64,000 nucleotides of DNA from Azolla caroliniana (lineage: Eukaryota > Plantae > Polypodiophyta), in contig JBHGNT010000006.1 of the NCBI GenBank assembly GCA_043228905.1, forward strand, positions 18,042,001-18,106,000, given 5' to 3'. Positions 11,331 to 21,891 of this stretch are shown here, one piece after another; the stretch's first letter is position 1; each line of letters opens with the position of its first letter. The translations under genes and the position numbers were made by a program. Below the pieces are notes generated by a model, which was not told where the DNA came from, searched no databases, and saw nothing but the letters and a program-made list of their open reading frames with translations.

Positions 11331-12615
11331 TAAATATATAAGTGAAGCCAAGTTATTGCATAGAAAAACATATAGAAGAGAACAAAAGAGCGAAGGATGA
11401 TTGTCAGCAAAAAAACATAGAGATATTCTTAGGCAAAGACCTAGCCTTCGAGAAGCACACATCCAACGACTGGGCTATCATTTTCTTGTTCTCCAAATCA
11501 AGTTCTATTGTTTTGTGTTTTCCTATCTTCGTTGCTCCATCCATCTTGTTGGATGAAGACTACTATCAAGGTTGTTGTCTTGATGCTTTTGTTATTCCGC
11601 TAGTGATATCTAGAGAGGTTGTACCCACTTGTACTTTGAGTTGTAGTGGAGTTTTTGGTACCTTAAGGGTCTCGTGGTTTTTCCCCGATTTGGGGTTTTC
11701 CACGTAGAAGTCTCATATGCTCTGTTTTTTTGTTTCATTTATCAGTTTTTTTTTGTTGTCTATTTGGTTGATCCCGATTCCGTGCATATTGCAAGAGATC
11801 AAAGATTGAAGCTTGACAACAAGACTAAGCCATGCATCTTCCTTGGGTATTGAGAGGATGAGTTCGGATACAGATTGTGAGATTTCATCGACAAGAAAGT
11901 GGTATGGAGTGTAGGGACATTATCTTATAGAATAAAGACAATCGAAGACTTGAAGCAAAAATATCTAGTGTTGTCTTCCCATCCTACCACTATTATAGAT
12001 CTTGTGTTTCTTGACACCAATCCTATACACCCTACCAGTGTACAATAGTCAGATGATATTCAGCAAGGAGATGTGCATGATGCAGATAATGATGTTGAGC
12101 CGCAAGAAATAACTGAGACTGAGCCAACTGTTAAGGTAAAAAGATATCATATGAGACAATGACAGAGTTTCTCAAGATATCTTGCCCATGACTGTGTTGC
12201 TTATTGATGAAGGTGGCCTGAGTGCTATGAGGAAGCTATGTGGATTTGCACAAAAGGGAGTGGTATAGTGCCATGCAAGATGAGATAAATTCCTTCCATG
12301 CAGACCACACTTCTGATTTGATGAAGTTGCTCAAGGGAAAGAGGGCTCTTAGGAACAAATGGGTTTTCAAACTGAAAATTGGAGAATATGGTTGTCCACT
12401 TATATACAAATCTCACATAGTGGTGAAGGGTTTCAAACAAAACAAGGTTGGTGCTTTTGATGTTCTAAGGCTACTTGCAAATATGAACCTAGAGATTGAG
12501 TAACTAGATGTGAAGACTGCATTCCTTCATGGTGATCTTGAAGTGGAGATATTCATGGAGCAACTTGAGGGTTTTGAGATAAAGGCCAAAGAGAAACCTG
12601 TATGCAAATTGAGGA
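11331..12615 (+). mobile_element. Decayed Ty1/copia fragment (LTR-like piece, integrase end, RT start)
   Basis: VHIARDQRLKLDNKTKPCIFLGY near 11782-11850; WYSAMQDEINS...NKWVFKLK, LDVKTAFLHGDLE; many stops and frameshifts. Confidence 0.75.
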
Positions 12616-12619
12616 ATAT

Positions 12620-14977
12620 TGTTGTTCACAAGGTATCCGGCTGGAGTATACAATGTTGAAGAGTCTAGAACTCAAGGGAATTGGTGAAAGGATGACCGAA
12701 CCATGATAAAGAGAGTTCTATGTATGCTGGCACATGCCAAGTTGCTGTTTACGTAATAAATAGATCTCCCTTAGTGGCCCTAGATGGTGATATCCCACAG
12801 AGAGAGTGTGGATGGGCAAGGATTTTCGGATGCAAAGCATGTGCTGTTAACTGATGAAGGGGAGCCGGAAAGCTTTGAAGAAGCAAAGAAAGACACCCAC
12901 AACCACAAGTGGTTGAGTGCCATGCAGGATCAGATGGATTCCCTGCATGAGAACCATAGATATGAGCTGATAGACTGCCAAGAGGAAAGAGGGCAGTCCG
13001 AAACAAGTGGGTGTACAAGCTAAAACTAGGAGATACCAAAAATCCACCAAGGCACAAAGCCTAGATCGTGGTGAAGGGTTTCAGTAGAAGAAAGGTGTGG
13101 ATTTCGATGAGATCTTCGTCCTGGTTGTAAAGATGACATCCATTTGAACGGTATTGAGCATAGTAGCAAGCATGGACCTCGAGGTCAAGCAACTGGACGT
13201 CAAGACAGCGTTCCTTCATGGTGAACTCAAGGAAGAAATCTACATGTAGCAACCGAAAGGATTTGAGAAGAAAGGGAAGGGGCACCTGGTATGTCAGCTG
13301 AAGAAGAGCTTATACGGATTGAAGCAAGCTCCCCAGCAATGGTATCGGAAGTTTGACTCCTTCATGACCGACCAAGGGTACCACAAGACACAAGCCAATC
13401 ACTGCATATTTGTGAAGAACTTTGATGGAGGAGACTTCCAAATACTCCTTCTGTACGCAGACGACATGTTGATCGTCGGACGAGACCAAATCAAGATCCG
13501 AATGCTGAAGAAGGCCCTGAATCAAACCTTCTCAATGAAAGATTTGAGTCCGGAAAGACAAATTTTGGGGATGCACACCATCCGGGACCGGTCGAAGAAG
13601 CTGTTGTGGCTGTCACAGGAGAAGTACGTGACAAAGGTGCTTCAGTGGATCAACATGGCAGACACAAAGCTACTTGGATCAACACTACCGGTGAACTGAA
13701 GCTGTTCGGAAAACAGAGCCTGAGGACGTAGGTAGAGAAGTCGGATATGATGAAGATACCATATGCCTCTACAATCATAAGCTTGATGTATGCAATGGTG
13801 TGCACCCGGCCGGATATTGCTTATGTTGTAGGAGTAGTCAACCAATTCATGAGCAATCCAGGAAGAGAACATTGGAACGCGGTCAAGTGGATACTCCGGT
13901 ACTTGGAAGGTACCTCGAGTATGTGCCTCCTGTTCAGCTCAGGTAAACCCCAATTGGAAGGCTTTAAGGATTCGGATATGTCGGTTAATGCGGATACCAG
14001 TCGATCCACTTCCGGATACGTCATGACATATGCAGGGGGATCCGTATCCTGAGTTGAGGCTGCAGAAGTCCGTTGCATTGTCAACAACGGAAGCAGAGTA
14101 CATGGGAGCTCTGGAAGCCGGCAAGGAAGTAATCTCAATGAAGGACTTCATCGGAGAGCTAGGGATTTGACAGGAAGAATACCGGCTCTACTGCGATAGC
14201 CAAAGTGTCATCCACCTTGCTAAGAACGTGGCCTACCATTCCTGGACCAAGCACATCCAGAGAAGATACCAAGGGCTCCCAGAGAAGGCAGAAGATCAAG
14301 ACTTCGCACTCACGAAGATCCATACGGAGGAGAATGGGTCGGATATGCTGACCAAGGTGTTGCCAGCCGACAAACTAGACATGTGCCGGAGACAGATCGG
14401 AATAACGAGAAATCCCATGCCGGAATGAAGGGGGAGTTTGTTGGGAATTCGGTCCCTCCGGATGGGAGCCGGAGGAGCCGGATCGGATGAGCCGAAGGAA
14501 GGAACCAGAATGGATGCAGCAACCGGACCGGATTGGAAAATATCCGAATGAATCTGGTTTGAATCGGATCCAAGGACATATCTGCAAATATGTTTCTGGT
14601 GTTCCTATAAAGGCTATATTTGTAAATAGTCTTAAAGTCATATAAGCATAAATATGACTTAGGGCAATCACTTTGAAGTGTGAGTCTTGTTGTTGTTGTT
14701 AGTTGTCTCATAGTAGTACATAGAGAGAGAGAAGTGAAGTAGCCGGTTTGCCAAGATAAAGAGCTCGAGGTCATTGCCTCTAAGTCTCCAGTTGTAACTC
14801 CTTTCTCGTATAGTGATAGTTGGAGTCTGTGGGCTCCCGTGATTTTTCCCTATTAGGGCTTTCCACGTAAACATCCTGTGTCGTCTCTTCTGTGTAACTA
14901 TATGAACCTCCATTTTTGTTTTGTTCTTTCATAAAGTGTTTGAGTCTCGGTTATGGCCGAGCGCTATTCCGCACACA
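12620..14977 (+). mobile_element. Decayed Ty1/copia 3' half (RT, RNase H, PPT, 3' LTR 14439-~14977)
   Basis: LLLYADDMLI, YAMVCTRPDIAY, SDMLTKVL; PPT GAAGGGGGAG at 14427-14436 followed by TGTTGGGA LTR start at 14439. Confidence 0.85.
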
Positions 14978-14979
14978 AT

Positions 14980-17936
14980 CGATGTTGATTGTCAGAGAAA
15001 ACCACGGGGTGGGTCGAGGAACAATCTATCGGAAAACTGGATGTTGTACACTGAGGCAGATCGGCCCCATGGGCGTGGAGGATGAGGTGGGTTAGCACGC
15101 AATGCCTGCAGCCGACAAGAGCAAAACCGAAGGCACAGAGATAGTCCCAACAACAGTTCCGGACCCACCACAAGCAGGTGAAGTCAAAGTTGCGCCGGAA
15201 ACCAGGAAGGGAAAACCAACACGGAATGTTAGTATTGTGGCATGAAAGGCCACCGGGAAAGACAGTGCTGGAAGAAGCGAGCCAATTCGGATAAAGCTAG
15301 ATCTAGCAAGACAGGACAAGGGAACCGACGAAGCTTGCACTACGCAAAAGGATCGAAAAGGATCTGGAACCGGTAAGACCGGGAGAGGGCTAGCCTTTGT
15401 GATGAAGCACAAGGCAAACTCGATGAAGAAGATCACTTCTGGATCGGAGGAAGTGTGATACGTTGACTCTGGAGCATCAAACCACATGACGAGTCATGAA
15501 GAGTGGTTCTCGTTTTTAGAAAAGCCGGAGCAACCGAGAGTTGTCGCAACTGAGACAATACTCCTCATCCGATTGTGGATGTCGGAGAAGTTCATTTAAG
15601 CCATGTCGGAAAGAAGGGAAAGCTGATGAACGTATTACATATTCTGACTATCACAAAGAACATGGCTTCGGTCGGGCAGATCGTCGACCAGGGGATGCAA
15701 GTATGGTTTACGCACCTTGGGTGCTTCATCGAGGAAGATGGCCGAATAATTGTGCAAGGGTGCAGGGACAGGACGATGTTCATCCTCGACAACAGCAACA
15801 TCGACACATCTGTGTTTGCGAAAGGTCAGAAGGTGGAATCGGGTATCGACCTGTGGCACAAGCGAATCGGGCATGTCAACTATCAGAGGCTTCAAGAGTT
15901 GCAATGGAAACAAGTTGTTTTCGGATTGCCCAAATTTATGACACCTGCCAGCTCGAGAAGCAACACCGGCTTTCGTTCCCCACTGAAAGAAGCCGGAGCA
16001 ATAACAAGCTCGATCTAATACATTTGTATGTATGGGGACCGGCACACAACATTAGTCTTGGCAGGAGCCGATATTTTGTCTCCTTCATCGACCACTACAG
16101 CCGACACACATGGATCTACCCAATCGAAAGGAAAAATGAAATTTTCGACTGTTTCTTGAGCCTGCAAAGTCTTCTAAAACGGGAAAAGGAGAGGAAGATC
16201 AAGTGCTTGTAGTCGGATGGCGGAAAAGAATATTGTGAGGGAATTCAGCTACCAATACACACTAGAACAAAACGGTGTGGCCAAAAGGAAGAACCGGTCA
16301 ATTGTGGAGGTGGCACAGGCAATGCTAGAAGAGAAGAGCATGCCCAAGTTCTATTGGGCCGAAGTGGTCCGAATAGCCGTCTACATCGAAAACAAGATCA
16401 AGGATAAGGTGTCCGCACACAAGCTGTATTTCGGGCGGAAAACGAATTTAAGGCATCTTAAGATATTCGGTAGCATTGCATATGTGCATGTGCCGGATGA
16501 GAAGCAGAGAAAGTTGGACCCGAAGTCAGAGAAGTTCATCCTTGTCGGCTACTCACATGAGCAAAAGGGTTATAAGTCTATAACCCTTGAACAAAACAAG
16601 TTTGAGTGCGCTGAGATGTCGAATTTGATGTGTCGGCATCATGGCACTCTCTCTTGACTCCGATGTCCGACTCCGACCCGATTCCAGACGATGAGGCCAG
16701 TGAGCCTAAAACGATTCGGGCAGAAGATGACGATGGTTCGTGTGGTGCTAGGGGTTGTTGCGGCAAGGGGAAGGCATCTTCACCAAATTGACGTGAAGAA
16801 TGCGTTTCTTCAAGGCGACCTTGAAGAACAGGTCTACATGATCCAACCCCCTAGTTTTCAGTCAGAGATGAACAAGTCGGTAATGTGCCAGCTCAAGAAG
16901 TCCCGTTACGTTCTGAAGCAAGCCCCTCGAAATTGGACTCTTCGTTGTTCATCAGGAAAGGTCCAGTATGTATCTTGTTATACGTGGATGATCTAGTCAT
17001 CACCGGACCCGGCCTTGCTGAAGTTAGCTGAGTGAAGTCTTAGTTGTCAAATGCATTTGAAATGAATGACCTGGGGGACCTTAATTACTTCCTCCGGATC
17101 GAAGTGATTCATACCCCCGATCACATATTGGTATCTCAACGACATTATGTGTTGAATATGTTGTACAAGTTTGGCATGACAGGTTGCTGACCGATCTCGA
17201 CACCCCTAGATCTGAACTTGAAGCTTAGTCTTGACTCCGGACCGGCCTGCGATGAGAAACGGCTCCACCAAACTGTTGGAAGCCTCATTTATTTAATGAT
17301 CACCCAACCCGACACTAGCTATCCTGTCGGCACGATCAACCAATTCATGGAGAAGCCAATTGTGGAGCACCTTCAGTGTGCGCACCGAATATTGAAGTAT
17401 GTCAGTGGCACTTAGGACATAGAACTATTGTACCGGTACGGAATAACCAAATTGTTGGTCGGTTATACAGATGCTGACTGGGCCGGAGATCCGTCGGATC
17501 GACGGCCCATTTCCAAATTCACGTTCTCTATTGGTAGCGGTGGCTGTTGCGTGGAAGAGCAAAACACAGCCAGTTGTGGCTCTGTCGAGCACTGAGGCTG
17601 AATATCGGGGGGCTACCATTGCCACCTATGAAGCCATTTGGCTTTCGTGGCTGCCGCAAGACCTATGGATGACTCTGATCTCGATCTACTGTGACAACAT
17701 GAGCAACATGTAGCTAGCGAAGAACCTTGTGTTCCATGTTGTGACAAAGCACATAGAAGTGCATTATCACTTTGTGCGCGAGCGGGTCCTCAGCAGTGAA
17801 GTAGAACTCTGGTATGTCCGAACGGATCGGTAGGTTGCCAACATCTTCACAAAGGCCCTTGGAACCAACAAGTTGTAGCATTTTTCGGAGATGCTTGGTC
17901 TTCAGCACCTCGGCATGCTAGACTTGAGGGGGAGAT
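14980..17936 (+). mobile_element. Decayed Ty1/copia internal region (protease, GAG-pre-integrase, integrase, RT, RNase H)
   Basis: YVDSGASNHM, LWHKRIGHVN, RYFVSFIDHYSR, QIDVKNAFLQGDLEE, YVDDL, ALSSTEAEY, ANIFTKAL; copia domain order; many disablements. Confidence 0.85.
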
Positions 17937-20519
17937 TTGGGATTGATACGGGGAGAACCAGAATGGAAACCGGGAAAACAGGGGGAGACAAGAAGAAAAA
18001 GGAAGCCGAGTCAATTGAAGAAGTCGGTACATCCGATGAAGTCAGAACAAGCGGCGAAGGCAGAATAGTCAAGAAACATAGAGCCGATTGGAATGAGAAG
18101 GCTAAGACCCGGACGTGGTCCGATGTCTCTGTTTTCTATTGTTATACGGATAAACGGGTTTTTCAAAGTTTCCGCATATATGGACCCGTACCATAGATTT
18201 CTGGAAAAAGAATATGCTCTTGTTGAGAATCAAGCTCAACTTGGTCTAGTGTGTGAACTCACCTTGAGAGTGAATAGACACTCCAACGGTCAAGAGTCAC
18301 CATTATGTCACCACTTTGTATTCTATCATTTAGTATGAGTCATAGAATCATATTCTATGACACATAACTTATGAGCTTTCACATTCCCCATGCTCCATGA
18401 GTCTTGTAGTTAATGAAGAGAGAGGGTGACTATATAAAGCACCCTCCTCCCACCTTGTAGAATGTTGTGTCTTACTCCTTGTCTCTTTTTTTTCTGGTGA
18501 AAACACACAATTATATTAATAAATGTGTGTGAAAAACACTGCTTACAATACGTGTGACAATGGAGTATGGTCACACACTAACCACACTACACTACATGGG
18601 TAATGGAACATGTTGAATTGCCAATAGGCAAGACAAACACTCCACCGAGGAAAGAATGTCCACTTGTTCCAATAAAGAAAATTGCCACATTAGTACTCCC
18701 TTCAACTTCCGTAGATATGCTTTCACTCCATGTCTACCATCGAATACAAAAGCATTGCGCATGTTCCAATTATGACACAATCCCCAATATCTCAGAAATA
18801 GGAAAACAATCTCCATCTCTGATTTTGGGTCAGCCTGTGTAAATTGTGCAAACACCCATTTTCTAGGTGTCAAATAACTCCGTGATAAAACTTGCCAAAT
18901 TTGAGAAATGTAACTCCAAATTTGACAAGCAATTGGACATTGTATAAATCGATGAGTATTATCTTCTATCTGAACTGTGCAAAAGAAGCAGGTACCCATT
19001 GCTAGTCCTCCAATCAAAACTCTCCAAATGAATACCTTTGCAACAAGTGGCAATTTAGAATGCCAACTACGTTGTAAGATCTGCCACCACCCATGATCAG
19101 ATTTGTGTATTTTCCATTCTTCTTCAGCCTTAGATGATAACCATCCATAAGACTCAACGGAACAATGATACAAAAGATTAGTAGTCACTTGTAACAATGG
19201 TGTTTGACCCCTTAAACTCCAATCAATCCACGGTTGTTCTCCTGTTTGTAGAGGTAAGGGACCTTGCATCAATGCAATATTCTATAGTTGTTGCCAAATA
19301 AACCCATAATTAGGCAGGATGCGTAATAATTGTTGTGCTTCAGTAAACTCCAAAATTCTTTGAGATGGAACCTCAACTATATCTCCCACCTCTTTGACCC
19401 CCAAACGAAACAAATGATTAAATTGAGAACGTAATCTCTCCTTTCCTGGCCAACATAATAACCGAGAAGACACAAGTAACTCTTTTTGCAAAGAGTTACA
19501 ATGCTCTCTACTAGATGATGGTTTCCATACACATAACAAGAGTGCTTCTTGCCATGAGGTAACTAAGTGTTGAACACATGAAGAACCCGAAATCCTAAGT
19601 GAAATACATCCATTCAGTAATTGCCACCATGAAGCCTTAATTGTTGTCCTCCCATGTGTTAAACCCTTGTTCTCAATGAAATATCGAACAATAGATATCC
19701 ATGGTTGTGAGTTTGAACACATGTCTTGTAATAATGAAAATCTACGAGCCATCATATGCATAGATAAGTTCAATATTCCAACCCCCCTCCAATCGCTTAG
19801 GGGTTGCTAGATGATTCCAAGCAATCCATGTGATTCCCATCTTATCCCTCTTCTTCCACAACAAATATCGAAGAGGTTGCAAAACAAAATTCAACGCCTT
19901 CTTTGTCCATGGCAATAATGGCAAGTAATATAATATCATGGGTTCCATAATACATTGTACAACCTTCAAGCGAACATGAAATGGCCAAGATTGTGACTTC
20001 CAATACATGAACTTATCCCTCAACTTACTAGACATCCATTCAATCAATTGACCATTTGTAACATTCATTCATAATGGATAGCCCAAGTGTCGAAAAATAG
20101 AGCCTTTCTTCGCCACGGATCCTTGCCATCCTAAACATTCCAAATCCCTTTCAGTGCATGATATGAGACTAGACTTCCTCCAATTAATATGTAATCTGGA
20201 AGCCAATGCAAACTGATTCCATACTGTCATGATATGGCAAGACTCGAACCCATGACCTTAGGTTATATGGGTCGAGCTCTTGACCATTAGACCATCTATT
20301 GTAATACGTAGGATATTATTTTCATTTACATTTTATTATAGGAAATTAGTGTATATTCCAGATTTCTCTGGAACATTCTAGAAGCTTCAGGATTACTCCT
20401 GAAAACACTATAAAAGAGGGCACTAGGCATTATGTTGAACCAAATTGGTTCAACGCCAATCTTAAGCCTTTTAGCCACCGTTGTATATTCTCTTCATATA
20501 ATAAATATCTTTCTTATCA

Positions 20520-20562
<43 letters not shown>

Positions 20563-20739
20563 GTCTCGCTCACTTCTTCCTTCTCTCGAAGAAGTTCCAC
20601 ACCTCTCATAGTACTAATCCTTCGTTTAGTACTAATTCCTTCTCTGTCTCAGTACTGTTCATGACAGTTTGAACCAATTTTCCTACCTTCTGTCTCTCTC
20701 ATTTCCTACTAATCTTTTATTCCTCTTTTCTTTCATCCC

Positions 20740-21891
20740 ATGGCCACTGTTAGCGCTGAAGAATATCAATCTGTTTTCTCGGAATTCCAATGCTTGAAGG
20801 AGAAGTTCCATGCTTTGGAACAAGAAAACCAACGGTTGCTGGGGGATCTTCAGCAAATCTCCTTAGAAAAGCAGCAAACGCAACAACAACATGGGGAACT
20901 TGCGTTACGCATGCAACAACTCGAAGCCACCATCGTAGCGATGCAACAACATGGGCCCGGAACACAAGGGATTCATAAAGAACCTAAGATTGGCCTTCCC
21001 ACGAAGTTCGATGGAACGCGATCGCAGTTTAGAGGGTTCCTTAACCAGGTACGATTAGTTATTCAAATGCATCCTTCCCGATATCCCACCGATGCATCAC
21101 GAGTGGGTTTAGTAGGCACTTTGTTAAGTGGCTCAGCGTTGTCATGGTTCGCTCCACTATTAGAAAAGGAATCTCCGTTACTCAACAATTTTGAAGAGTT
21201 TCTAGGTGAGTTTAAAGCATGTTTCGGAGATACTGACAGCATCAGGACCGCAATCAACAAAATCCGGCGATTACGCCAAGGTGACCGTCCAGCCTCCGCA
21301 TACGCTGCAGATTTTCGCCTACTCGCCGCCGATATCCCTTGGGATGATCAAGCGTTGATGGAGCAATTCCGTTATGGTTTACGCAACGACGTCAAGGATT
21401 TACTCTTGACCTTCCCCGAAGAGCCAAAGTCCTTAACAGAAGCAATCAGTCGCGCGGTGAGATGTGACAACCACCTCTTTGAGCGACATTCGGAACGACA
21501 GCTACAGATGCCGAGGGCAAGATCAGAGCCCACCTACGCCTCAGTGGTAGCAAGACCTTTTCCGAGGGAGTCATATAATGCGTCTCCAGCGAATACTCCG
21601 ACTCCGATGGAGATTGACACTACACGTCGTCGAGGGCCATTATCCGAAGAAGAAAAGCAGCGACGCCGTACAAATCGACTATGTCTTTACTGCGGTGGAC
21701 CAGGACATATCGCAATAAATTGCCCCCATAGGCCAAGAAGACAGGTAAACCAAATAGTCGCTAGTTCTAATTGTACTAAATCCGAACCTATTTCAGTAGG
21801 GATATCTGATAGTCCTAATAGTACTAATATCCCAGATCTAGCAAACAAATTTGATGTCCGTAGTCAGTTAGAAGAAGAGTTAAACGACTAA
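20740..21891 (+). CDS. Gag (PEG10/Ty3-like capsid, CCHC knuckle)
   Basis: PTKFDGTR, LSGSALSWF, LRQG, PTPMEID, CLYCGGPGHIAINC. Confidence 0.93.
   Translation: MATVSAEEYQSVFSEFQCLKEKFHALEQENQRLLGDLQQISLEKQQTQQQHGELALRMQQLEATIVAMQQHGPGTQGIHKEPKIGLPTKFDGTRSQFRGFLNQVRLVIQMHPSRYPTDASRVGLVGTLLSGSALSWFAPLLEKESPLLNNFEEFLGEFKACFGDTDSIRTAINKIRRLRQGDRPASAYAADFRLLAADIPWDDQALMEQFRYGLRNDVKDLLLTFPEEPKSLTEAISRAVRCDNHLFERHSERQLQMPRARSEPTYASVVARPFPRESYNASPANTPTPMEIDTTRRRGPLSEEEKQRRRTNRLCLYCGGPGHIAINCPHRPRRQVNQIVASSNCTKSEPISVGISDSPNSTNIPDLANKFDVRSQLEEELND

Noticed and set aside
20241-20294. Functional tRNA gene in the LTR
   Set aside because: No acceptor stem or convincing anticodon arm; only the promoter boxes and their spacing are tRNA-like.
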